DNA of 46,528 nucleotides from Actinomycetes bacterium (GTDB lineage Bacteria; Actinomycetota; Actinomycetes; JAKEEW01), in contig DASYTV010000008.1 in assembly GCA_036001885.1 (NCBI GenBank), positions 1 to 46,528 on the forward strand, given 5' to 3'. Below, in pieces: positions 24,392-33,250 of this stretch; position 1 is the first letter of the stretch, and each line of letters opens with the position of its first letter. Both the position numbers and the translations under genes were made by a program. A model generated the notes under the pieces. The model saw only the letters and a program-made list of their open reading frames with translations, had not been told where the DNA came from and did no database searches.

Positions 24392-26992
24392 CTATCTGCC
24401 TTGGGTGAATGAGACGCGGGTGCCGCGCACCTGGCTGTAGAGGACGGCAGCCACGACGATGAGGCCGCCCTGGAAGATGTACTGCCAGGTCTGCGTGAGA
24501 CCCAGGAACGTCGTGGCGTTGAGCGCCTGGACGATGAGGCACGCGCCCAGCAGCGTGCCGATGAACGTCCCGCGGCCGCCGAGCAGGCTAGTGCCGCCGA
24601 GGACGACCGCGGTGATGCTGCTCAGCGTGTAGGTGACGCCCTGGGCCGGGTCGCCGATCCCGAGCTGGGCGAGCAGCACGATCGCGCCGAGGAAGGTGAA
24701 CAGCGAGCTCAACACATAGGCGAGCACCACGGTGCGGTTGATCCGCACGCCGACCGCCCGTGCCGATTCCTCATTCGACCCCGCGGCGCGAAGCCGGTGA
24801 CCCCACTCGGACCGGCGCAGCAGCCATTCCATCGCCAGTGTGATGACCACCAGCACGATGAAGGCCCACGGGATCGGTCCGATCTTGCGGGTGATGAAAT
24901 CCGTGACGCTCGCCCGGATGATCCCCTCGGGCGCGTCGCGCAGCAGGAAGCTCAGGCCCTGCAGGCCGATGTAGGTGACCAGCGTCGCGGCCACCGGCGT
25001 GAACCTGCCGAACCGGATCAGGGATCCGTTGAGCGTGCCGACCGCCGTGGCCGCGACCAGCATCAGGACGAGACCGAGGATCACCACCCCTGCGGATTTG
25101 TCGTCGTTGACGAAGAACGACGCCAGCACCACAAGGAAGCCGGCGAGTGGTCCCACGGAAAGGTCGATGCCCCCGACGAGCAATGCGACCGTCTGTCCCA
25201 GGGAAATGAATCCCAACGCCGCGACGAGCAGCATCATCGAGGTGATGTTGAAGGAATTCAGGTACCTGTCATTGTGCGCGTAGACATACGCGCCCAGCCC
25301 GACGATCATTGCGGCGAGAACGGCGACCGGCGCGTAGTCGCCGGCCAAGAATCGGCGCAGTCCGGGACGCATCCGCGTCGCGGTGCGTTCTGCTGCCTGC
25401 CTGGTATGCCGGGTGGCGGCCACCGCGGCGCGGATCATCCGCTCCTCGGTGACATCGTCCCCCGTGAGCTCCTCCACGACGTGTCCCCGCGACATCACGA
25501 CGACCCGGTCGCACAGGCCCTCGAGCTCCTTCGCGTCCGACGAGGCGACGACCACCGGCACGCCGCTGTCCGCCACCTCCCGCAGAATCCGGTATATCTC
25601 GGCGCGTGCTCCGACGTCCACACCTTGCGTCGGCTCGTCCGCCACCAGGATCGCCGGTTTGGACAGCAGCGCGCGCGTCACCACGACCTTCTGCTGGTTA
25701 CCGCCGGAAAGCGCGGTGACGACCGCCTCCATTGTCGGCGCCTTCACACCCAGGCTGCTGAGCTCGCGGCCCACTGCCGAAAGCTCCCGTGGCCTGCTGA
25801 GCAGCGGGCCGCGCGCGAAGTCCCCGAGTGCCATCACCGCGGAGTTCTCCCGGACCGACAGCGACATCATCAGCCCCTCGCGGTACCGGTCCGCCGGCAG
25901 GTAGGCCGAGTCACGCTGCAGCTGCCGTGAGCTCCTCGCCTTCCCCGTGACGAGAACCTCACCGTTGAACGGCTTCAGGCCCGCGAGCGCCCGTAGGAGG
26001 TCGCTCTGCCCGTTGCCGACGACGCCGGAGACCCCGAGGATCTCGCCCTTCCGAGCCGTGAGTGTGACATCGGAAAATCCGTCGCCGCCCAGCTCGCGGA
26101 CCGTGAGCGCGTCGGGATCGCCCTCTGTCGGCTCGTGTTTGGGAGGGAACGTCGACTCCAGCTGCCGGCCGACAATGAGCGCCAGCAGCTCGTCGTCGGT
26201 CACCTCGTCGACGCTCATGGTGCCGCGCAGCCGACCGTCGCGGAGCACCGTGACGCGGTCGGCCAGGACGCGGACCTCGGCAAGGCGGTGAGTGATGTAG
26301 ACGACGGCGGTGCCGGCGCGAGTGGCCGCTCGCACGCGATCGAAAAGCAGGTCGACGGACTCGGGGCCGAACGGCGCCGTCGGCTCGTCGAGGATGAGCA
26401 GCTTGGGTTCGAGCGCCAGCGCCTTGGCCAGCTCGAGCAGATGTGTCTGGGCGACGCTGAGATCGCTGACACGGTCTTCAAGGTGGCGCCGGAATCCCAC
26501 GTCGTCGAGCAGCGCCCGCATCGACGATTTCTCGTCGCCGGCGAACCTCAGCCGCTCCCTTGGAACGGCTACCCGAAGGTTCTCCGCGACCGTCATGTCC
26601 GGGAGTACAGCCGGGTGCTGGTGCACGATCGCGATGCCGAGTTCGGTGGCTCGCGCGGGGGTGAGACCGTCGATCTCCTGGCCTTCGAACTGCATGGAGC
26701 CGCCGTCGGGGCGCGTCGTGCCCGAGGCGACTGCCATGAGCGTGGACTTCCCGGCGCCGTTCTCACCCAACAGCGCATGCACCTCGCCGGGCACGACCTC
26801 GAGCGACACATCTGAGAGCGCCCTGACGCCGCCGTAACTCTTCGAGATACCGGAAAGCACCATGGTCGGCTGCTGGAGGGCAACCTTCGTCGCCTCTGTC
26901 ACTTCGTCGTCCTTCATCGGGCCCAGGGTCTCTCCGCTCGCCGGGTTGGAGGGCGGCCGGCCCGCGACGTCAGCTCCGGCCGCCCTCCACAT
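24392..26992 (-). CDS. CUT2-type sugar ABC transporter, fused tandem-ATPase + permease polypeptide
   Basis: A single uninterrupted 866-codon ORF. It has two NBDs (Walker A 'GENGAGKST', second-NBD P-loop 'GVVGNGQSD', signature 'LSGGNQQK'). A C-terminal RbsC/AraH-like permease of about 330 aa follows ('GQTVALLVGGIDLSVGPLAGFLVV'). The start could be 26992 or the ATG at 26917. Confidence 0.85.
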   Translation of the reverse strand: MWRAAGADVAGRPPSNPASGETLGPMKDDEVTEATKVALQQPTMVLSGISKSYGGVRALSDVSLEVVPGEVHALLGENGAGKSTLMAVASGTTRPDGGSMQFEGQEIDGLTPARATELGIAIVHQHPAVLPDMTVAENLRVAVPRERLRFAGDEKSSMRALLDDVGFRRHLEDRVSDLSVAQTHLLELAKALALEPKLLILDEPTAPFGPESVDLLFDRVRAATRAGTAVVYITHRLAEVRVLADRVTVLRDGRLRGTMSVDEVTDDELLALIVGRQLESTFPPKHEPTEGDPDALTVRELGGDGFSDVTLTARKGEILGVSGVVGNGQSDLLRALAGLKPFNGEVLVTGKARSSRQLQRDSAYLPADRYREGLMMSLSVRENSAVMALGDFARGPLLSRPRELSAVGRELSSLGVKAPTMEAVVTALSGGNQQKVVVTRALLSKPAILVADEPTQGVDVGARAEIYRILREVADSGVPVVVASSDAKELEGLCDRVVVMSRGHVVEELTGDDVTEERMIRAAVAATRHTRQAAERTATRMRPGLRRFLAGDYAPVAVLAAMIVGLGAYVYAHNDRYLNSFNITSMMLLVAALGFISLGQTVALLVGGIDLSVGPLAGFLVVLASFFVNDDKSAGVVILGLVLMLVAATAVGTLNGSLIRFGRFTPVAATLVTYIGLQGLSFLLRDAPEGIIRASVTDFITRKIGPIPWAFIVLVVITLAMEWLLRRSEWGHRLRAAGSNEESARAVGVRINRTVVLAYVLSSLFTFLGAIVLLAQLGIGDPAQGVTYTLSSITAVVLGGTSLLGGRGTFIGTLLGACLIVQALNATTFLGLTQTWQYIFQGGLIVVAAVLYSQVRGTRVSFTQGR

Positions 26993-26995
26993 CGA

Positions 26996-28114
26996 CTACT
27001 TCTTGATGACCTTTGCCTGCTGCTCGGGCGGCATCTGGGCCGAGAGGTAGATGTCCCCAGGAAGATCCTTGCGGCATTCGACCTTGTTGGGCTGCCCGCT
27101 GACCGAGTTCTCGAACGGCGCGTGCTTGTGGACCGTATCGGTCGGGACCTGCCCGCCGGTGGCCTCCGCGATTGCGTAGTCCATGGCAGTGCGGACGTGG
27201 TCGTTGCCGGTCGCGATCGTGTACAGCTTGAAGTTCGGGTTCTTCGCCTGGTTGTCCTGCCAGAAGCAGCCCAGGACATTGCCGTCAGACGTGGCGATCG
27301 GCGGGATGGACCGCCCGGCTTTGGTGAAGGCGGACAGCGCGCCGACCAGAGAGGGGCCGAAGTCGGAGGCGATCACGTCGATCTTGGAGTTCTTGGCGAT
27401 GGCCGCGGTAAGCACCTGCTGTGTCAGCGCCGGATCCCAATTGGTCACCTCGAACGGCTTCTCACCGATGAAGGTGTACTTGCCCGTCGGGTCGAGGACC
27501 TCGTGCAAGCCCTGCGCCTCGCCCTCACCCTGGCTGTTGCCTTTGGGACCACTCAGGAAGAGAACATTGCCGCCGTTGGGCACCACTTCCTTGATCCAGT
27601 TCGCCCAGTTGTGGCCGTCGTTGACCGAGTCGAGCGCTATGTATTTCGTGTAGTCCTTGCCGTCCTCACCACCGGGAAATACGCGGTAGGGAACCGTGAC
27701 GACGCCGGCCTGGAATGCCGAGCGCAGGGCGGGCAGCATTGCCTGCCCGGCATCAGGGAATACCACGAGCGCATCGACGCCCTTGGCGGCCATGCCCTGG
27801 ATGTCGGAGATCGCCTTCTGCGTATTGCCCTGGCCATCGGCGTACAGGAACTCCTTCACGCTCGGGCACTTCGCGGCCTCTTCCTTGCCGGATGCAGTCG
27901 TGATCAAGCGCCAGCTGTTGCCCCCGAACCCATCGGTCATGCCGAGAGTGATCTCCTTGGGTCCGCACCAGGCGGGCACGTTGGCGGCGCCGGAGGCGCT
28001 GCCGGACGGTTGGCTCCCCGAAGCTTCGTCTGAGCCGCCTCCACAGGCGGCCAGCACGAAGGTCGCCGCGGCGACGCCCGCAACCAAGCGTGCGAGCGAA
28101 AGCGGTCGGATCAT
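26996..28114 (-). CDS. sugar ABC transporter substrate-binding lipoprotein (periplasmic-binding-protein type I)
   Basis: Signal peptide with lipobox 'FVLAACGG'. 'QGNTQKAISDIQGMAAKGVDALVVFP' is typical of RbsB-like SBPs. Confidence 0.85.
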   Translation of the reverse strand: MIRPLSLARLVAGVAAATFVLAACGGGSDEASGSQPSGSASGAANVPAWCGPKEITLGMTDGFGGNSWRLITTASGKEEAAKCPSVKEFLYADGQGNTQKAISDIQGMAAKGVDALVVFPDAGQAMLPALRSAFQAGVVTVPYRVFPGGEDGKDYTKYIALDSVNDGHNWANWIKEVVPNGGNVLFLSGPKGNSQGEGEAQGLHEVLDPTGKYTFIGEKPFEVTNWDPALTQQVLTAAIAKNSKIDVIASDFGPSLVGALSAFTKAGRSIPPIATSDGNVLGCFWQDNQAKNPNFKLYTIATGNDHVRTAMDYAIAEATGGQVPTDTVHKHAPFENSVSGQPNKVECRKDLPGDIYLSAQMPPEQQAKVIKK

Positions 28115-28192
28115 TGAGGTTTCCCTTCTCGCGTCGTCGGGTTGTTGTCGAGGACTTGCACTCGGTCGTGCCGCCCGGTCAGGTGCTTGCGG

Positions 28193-29218
28193 CTAGGTGC
28201 TGGAACCGGGCGACGGCGCTGGCGCGGCATTGACCAGCCGCTGTTTGATAGCCCGCCAGTTGACCGAGTACAGGGCGACACCGACGGCGAGCGCCCCGGC
28301 CTCGACGAGACTGCGGACGGCGGTATCCACACCGAGAGCCAGTACGAACTGCTGCAACTGGCTGAGGAACAGAGCTGCGACAGCGGTCGCAACCAGAAAG
28401 CCGCGGCCCCCGAGCAGCGACGTGCCGCCCAGGACGACCGCTGCCACAGACGGCAGGAGGTACGCATCGCCCTGGAAAGCAGTGGGCTGGGCGAGAATGC
28501 CGGCGAGGAGGACGCCGCCCAGCCAGTAGAACACCATCGCCCATACGTAGGCGGCCGCGCGATGGCGCACCACGTGCAACCCGGCCGTCCAAGCGGCCGG
28601 CGGACTCGCGCCGACGGCCTCGAACCGGCGCCCGACCGCGGTGAGCTTCACCGCGACCGTTACGATCACGGTGGCGGCGACCGCGAAGTAAACCGAGTTC
28701 GGAATCCCGAGAGTCGTCCCGCCGGCAATGTCGGCCAGCAGATTGGTCGTGCGCCTGGGGGAGCCGCCAGAAATGCCGAGAACACCGGCGTAGAGCAGGG
28801 CGCTCATGCCCAGCGTTGCGACGATCGGATTCAGACCCAGCCGGCCGATGAGAATGCCGTTCGCCAGGCCGGCGACAATCGCCACGACGAGGGCCAGGAG
28901 CACCGCGCCGAGCAGCTTGCTGTCGTCCCCGTTCGGTTCGTGGCTGACGATCACCACCATGAGCGAGACCGCACCCGGCACTGAGAGGTCGATTCCGCCC
29001 TGTTGCACCACGAGTGTCTGGCCGAGCGAGATGATCGCGAGTACCGCCGCGAACGGAAGCATTCCGAGGAGCGCGCCCTTGCTGACGCTGGTCGACGCGA
29101 ACAGCCAGCTCGCCAGGAACAGCGCCACAGTCGCGACGGTGATGGTGAGCAGCCCACGGGAAACAGTGATGCGGGGGCCCGGCCGGACCACCGTCCGCTC
29201 GGGTGCAGTCACGGCCAT
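28193..29218 (-). CDS. sugar ABC transporter permease (RbsC/AraH-like)
   Basis: 'LGQTLVVQQGGIDLSVPGAVSLMVV'; multi-TM. The ATG at 29218 is the sensible start; the maximal ORF reaches 29299. Confidence 0.85.
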   Translation of the reverse strand: MAVTAPERTVVRPGPRITVSRGLLTITVATVALFLASWLFASTSVSKGALLGMLPFAAVLAIISLGQTLVVQQGGIDLSVPGAVSLMVVIVSHEPNGDDSKLLGAVLLALVVAIVAGLANGILIGRLGLNPIVATLGMSALLYAGVLGISGGSPRRTTNLLADIAGGTTLGIPNSVYFAVAATVIVTVAVKLTAVGRRFEAVGASPPAAWTAGLHVVRHRAAAYVWAMVFYWLGGVLLAGILAQPTAFQGDAYLLPSVAAVVLGGTSLLGGRGFLVATAVAALFLSQLQQFVLALGVDTAVRSLVEAGALAVGVALYSVNWRAIKQRLVNAAPAPSPGSST

Positions 29219-29319
29219 CACGCCTCCACAGCACGAATCGGGCGTCCAATCCGGGTCGGTCCGCACGTCGCGTTCCTGCCCAGCCGCGTTGCGCGGCACT
29301 GTACAAGCGACCTCCAGGT

Positions 29320-29337
29320 GTTCACAAGAGGTTCACA
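29320..29337. promoter_or_regulatory. candidate operator upstream of the ABC operon
   Basis: GTTCACA (29320-29326) and GTTCACA (29331-29337) are spaced 11 nt start to start. They lie ~100 nt upstream of the permease start, in a 185-nt intergenic gap. Confidence 0.25.
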
Positions 29338-29403
29338 TCACATTCGGGCAACATCGCGGGATCAGGCTCTGCGGCGCGGCCGGCTTGGCCCGTGAGCGAA
29401 CAC

Positions 29404-30453
29404 TCAGCCGCGGCGGGGGTCGACCAGGATCTTCCCGGCCGCCAGCCCGGCGACCAGCGGCTCGAAGCCCTGCGTGACGACGTCCTCCAGCGGCACGATC
29501 CGGTCGAGCAGCCCGGAAAGCGAGCCGCCGGCCAGTCGCCGCAATGCCTCCGGCATGTCCTGTGCGCACACGTGCGCGACCGTCGTTATCAGGTCGACCT
29601 CGCGCAGCACGACCTCCGCGAGATTCAGCGGCTGAGGCGTCTGGTTGAGCCCGACCTGCACGACCGTGCCGCCTGGTGCCGCACCACGGAAGGCGCGTGC
29701 TGCCGCGCCCGTCACTCCGGACGTCTCGAACACCACGTCCGCGCCACCCGGCACGACGTCTCGCAGCGCGTCCGGACCGGCGTCGCGCGGCAGCAGGATG
29801 CTGCTAGTGGCGCCGAGGCTTTCGGCGACGACCAGCCGGTCCTGGTCGATGTCGGCGGCGATGACCGGGCCGTCGTGACTACCCAGGCCGGAAAGGATGA
29901 AAGCGCCGATCGCCCCCGCACCGGCGACGACCACGGTGTCTCCCGGATGAATCCCGGCTCGCCGGACGGCGTGCAGGCCCACTGCGAGCGGCTGCGCGAG
30001 GGCGGCGTCCGAATCGGCACAGTCGTCGGGAATGGCCACGCACGTGCTAGCCGGCGCGGCGACGAATTCCGCCAGCCCGCCGTGCGTATTCAGCCCCAGG
30101 GTGTAATAGGCGGCGCAGAGGTTGGTGCGTCCCTGGCGGCAGCGCCGGCAAGAACCACAGGAAACCCCTGCTCCGCTTGCTATTCGCTGCCCGACCAGAT
30201 GGCGTGCATCGCTGCCGGCGTCGACCACGGCGCCGATGAATTCATGGCCGAGCACGGTAGGCCCGACGTGGCCGCTGCCGGGGTGTCGGCGATGGAGCGG
30301 AACCATCATCGGGCCCTTGGCGTACTCGGTGGCATCCGTCCCGCACAAGCCGTTGTAGGTCACGCGGACGACGACATCGGCCGGGCCGGGGATGGGTTCG
30401 GCGCGTTCCTCGACTCTCAGGTCGCCCTGGCCGTAGAGGACACCAGCTCGCAC
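29404..30453 (-). CDS. zinc-dependent MDR alcohol/polyol dehydrogenase
   Basis: 'GLCGTDATEY', 'GHEFIGAVVDAG', structural-Zn 'CGSCRRCRQGRTNLC', and Rossmann 'VVVAGAGAIGAF'. Confidence 0.85.
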   Translation of the reverse strand: MRAGVLYGQGDLRVEERAEPIPGPADVVVRVTYNGLCGTDATEYAKGPMMVPLHRRHPGSGHVGPTVLGHEFIGAVVDAGSDARHLVGQRIASGAGVSCGSCRRCRQGRTNLCAAYYTLGLNTHGGLAEFVAAPASTCVAIPDDCADSDAALAQPLAVGLHAVRRAGIHPGDTVVVAGAGAIGAFILSGLGSHDGPVIAADIDQDRLVVAESLGATSSILLPRDAGPDALRDVVPGGADVVFETSGVTGAAARAFRGAAPGGTVVQVGLNQTPQPLNLAEVVLREVDLITTVAHVCAQDMPEALRRLAGGSLSGLLDRIVPLEDVVTQGFEPLVAGLAAGKILVDPRRG

Positions 30454-30469
30454 AGCAGCTCCTGCGGGG

Positions 30470-31450
30470 TCAGACGGCGACGTCGGAGGTGATGTGCACC
30501 TTCACCTGCGTTCGATCGTCTAGAACGGTGCGGACGGCCTGGTCGGCGAGGGCCAGCGGGAACGAGGCTGTGACGAGCGGGGTCAGATCCAGCCCGGTCC
30601 GGGCCAGGAACCGCAGGGTCCGCGGCCAAACGCCGGGGGAACCGATGATTCCGCGCAACTGCAGTTCCTTCGATTGGATGAGCCCCAATGCGGCCGGAGC
30701 CCGGCCGCCAACGTCGATGCCGATGTAGACCAGCCGAGCCCGGAAACTGGCGATCTCCATGGCGCCGGCCATCGCTGCGGGCTTGCCGCTGGCCTCGAAG
30801 ACCACGTCGGCGCCGGCGCCGCGCGTGCTTTCGCTCACACGGTCGTGGAAGTCCGGCTGTGTCGGGTCCACGACCTCGTCGGCGCCCAACTGCCGCGCCA
30901 GCTCCCCGCGGTCGAGTGCCGGTTCCGCCACGATGACGCGCGCGCCCTTCCCCGCCGCGGCGGCCACCACGCCGAGCCCGATCGGTCCGGCGCCGAGTAC
31001 CACGACGGTGTCGCCGGCGTCGAGATCGTCGGCCCGGATGGTCGCGTAGTAACCACAGCTGAACGGCTCGACCAGTGCACCCTGGGTCCAGCTGAGGTCG
31101 TCGGGTAGCTGGTGCAGCCAGGATTCCTTCGCGACGAACAGTTCTGCGGCAGCGCCGCTGATGCTGAAACCGAAGTGCTCGGTGCCGATCACGCATTCTC
31201 CGACCACGCGATCACCGCGGGCGAACCTCGTCACGTTCCGCCCGACGTCGACGACCTCGGCCGCCCATTCGTGGCCGGGAATGACCGGATACTCGAACGG
31301 AATGATGTATCGCCCGGCGAGCAGCTCGATATCGGAGTGGCAGATTCCTACGCTACGCGCCGCGAGCAGGACCTCGTCGTCCTCGATTCCCGGCGGGTCG
31401 ATCTCCTTGACGGCGAATTTCTCGTCGCCGAGGAACTGCAGTGCTTTCAT
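30470..31450 (-). CDS. zinc-dependent MDR alcohol/polyol dehydrogenase
   Basis: The start is the ATG at 31450 (MKALQFLG..). 'VGICHSDIELL', 'PGHEWAAEVVDVG', 'VVVLGAGPIGLGVVAAA'. The upstream part of the 392-aa ORF is Arg-rich and non-coding-like. Confidence 0.85.
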   Translation of the reverse strand: MKALQFLGDEKFAVKEIDPPGIEDDEVLLAARSVGICHSDIELLAGRYIIPFEYPVIPGHEWAAEVVDVGRNVTRFARGDRVVGECVIGTEHFGFSISGAAAELFVAKESWLHQLPDDLSWTQGALVEPFSCGYYATIRADDLDAGDTVVVLGAGPIGLGVVAAAAGKGARVIVAEPALDRGELARQLGADEVVDPTQPDFHDRVSESTRGAGADVVFEASGKPAAMAGAMEIASFRARLVYIGIDVGGRAPAALGLIQSKELQLRGIIGSPGVWPRTLRFLARTGLDLTPLVTASFPLALADQAVRTVLDDRTQVKVHITSDVAV

Positions 31451-31488
31451 GGGCCGACCTCGCATAGCTGTTGTGCAGTGAGGAGCAT

Positions 31489-32250
31489 TCAGTGGGCATG
31501 GCCGACACACCAGACGCCCCGCGCGTCCACGGTGCCGTGATTCCGGAAAAGGTGTGGCGTGGCTGAATCGAATCCGATCGCGTCGCCTGCTCGGAGCACG
31601 AAGCTGTCGAAGCCGACGATCACCTCGAGCTCGCCGTCCAGCAGCCACCCGTATTCGAAGCCTGCATGGCGCATCATGCGGCCGTCGTTCGTGGAGCTGC
31701 TGCCGGCGGGGTAGATGATCTCGATGAAGTCCATGTCGTTGGCAGTGCTGACCAGCTGCTCCCAGATGACGCCGGAATCCATCACCAGCCGCGGACGCTT
31801 TCCCGGATGAGTGACAGACAACCGCTTGGGCGCTTCACGCGACCACGCGTTTGCCGGGGAACCCAGCTCCGACCTGCTGATCCGGGCTGGTTCACCGGGC
31901 GGCATGGGCAGGCCATCCGGCGCTTCGGCCGTTGCCGGCACGATGGCGGCGGAACTCGGGGCCGGGCCCGAGGGTCCGGCGGCCAGATCGAAGAGCTGGT
32001 CGATCGACACATCGAGAAGCTGCGCCATCGAGTAGAGCGTGGCCACCGACGGCCGGTTCTTGCCGTTCTCGAGCTGGGAGACGAAAGAAGGGGAAACGCC
32101 GAGTTCACGAGCCAGCGCACGCAGCGAGATCCCGCGCTTGACCCGAGCCTGCCGCAGCCGGCCGCCGAGGAGCAAGGCCGCCTCGGTGCTGGCGGCAGTA
32201 TCCGCCGGGTTACTCGCCACGTTCTTCCTGCGCATTCCTGAGTGCGTCAT
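31489..32250 (-). CDS. XRE-family HTH transcriptional regulator with C-terminal cupin domain
   Basis: HTH 'LRQARVKRGISLRALARELGVSPSFVSQLENGKNRPSVATLYSMAQLL'. A long Pro/Ala linker follows. The cupin is 'MMRHAGFEYGWLLDGELEVIVGFDSFVLRAGDAIGFDSATPHLFRN'. Confidence 0.85.
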   Translation of the reverse strand: MTHSGMRRKNVASNPADTAASTEAALLLGGRLRQARVKRGISLRALARELGVSPSFVSQLENGKNRPSVATLYSMAQLLDVSIDQLFDLAAGPSGPAPSSAAIVPATAEAPDGLPMPPGEPARISRSELGSPANAWSREAPKRLSVTHPGKRPRLVMDSGVIWEQLVSTANDMDFIEIIYPAGSSSTNDGRMMRHAGFEYGWLLDGELEVIVGFDSFVLRAGDAIGFDSATPHLFRNHGTVDARGVWCVGHAH

Positions 32251-32303
32251 GACAGGTCGTCAGTCCCGTTGTCCGGCGTCTCGTTGATGACGCCCTAGCC
32301 TGT

Positions 32304-33086
32304 TCAAACGAGCACCATGCCGCCGTCGATCATGATGATCTGCCCGGTGAGGTAGTCGGAATCGTGAGAGGCGAGGTAGAGGGCTGTGCCGACGATGTCG
32401 TCGGGCGTTGCCGCCCGGCCGCGCAGAATTCCCGCGGAGAAATCGGCCATGGCCTGCCCCGGCGCCTTCGAATCACCGATCTCGATGAGGTCTTCGTCCA
32501 GTTGCGTCCACAGCGGCGTGGCGACGACGCCCGGAGCGAACGCATTGCACGTGATGTTGTGCTCGGCGAGCGCCCGTGCGGCCGCTTGGGTGAGTGCGTT
32601 GACGGCGAATTTGCTTGCGCAGTACGGCGTAAAGCTCGGATAACCCTGCCGCCCCGCGATGGACGAAGTGTTGACGATCTTGCCGCTCTTGTTGGGAATC
32701 ATCCGCCGAGCGCCTTCCTGGATGCCTATCAGCGTCCCGAGCGCGTTGACGTTCATGATCGAGTGCCAGTTCTCCTCGGTCACGTCCATCAAGTGCATCG
32801 GCCGGTTGAAACCGGCGTTGTTGAACAGGACATCGAGCCGACCGGCGGTCTCCACAAAAGAGTCCAGCGCCGCAGCTACCTGATCGCGTCGGCTCACGTC
32901 AGCGCACAGCGCTATTGCCTTTCCGCCCGCGGCGACGACTTCGTCGCGCACGCCTTCTGCCGCATCGGGCCTCATGTCGAGAACCCCCACGGTCGCACCT
33001 TCGCGCGCGAGCGCGAGCACGAAGGCGCGACCCATCCCGCTGCCCGAGCCCGTGACGACGATCGACTTGCCCGCAACTCGTCCCAT
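32304..33086 (-). CDS. classical SDR-family oxidoreductase
   Basis: 'VVTGSGSGMGRA' (TGxxxGxG), 'NNAG' and 'YCASKFAV' (YxxxK). The RBS AGGAGG lies 8 nt before the ATG at 33086. Confidence 0.9.
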   Translation of the reverse strand: MGRVAGKSIVVTGSGSGMGRAFVLALAREGATVGVLDMRPDAAEGVRDEVVAAGGKAIALCADVSRRDQVAAALDSFVETAGRLDVLFNNAGFNRPMHLMDVTEENWHSIMNVNALGTLIGIQEGARRMIPNKSGKIVNTSSIAGRQGYPSFTPYCASKFAVNALTQAAARALAEHNITCNAFAPGVVATPLWTQLDEDLIEIGDSKAPGQAMADFSAGILRGRAATPDDIVGTALYLASHDSDYLTGQIIMIDGGMVLV

Positions 33087-33250
33087 GAACGTGCGCCTCC
33101 TGGACACCCATGGCTGATCTGCGGTACCGGACACGACGCAAGATCAGGGCCAAACGTTAACCAATACTTGACGCCCTGTCCACGGTAGACCAGGATGCGG
33201 GCGAACCGCACGCGGCGCGTGAGGCCCGAGCCGCCCGTCGTAAAGGAGCC

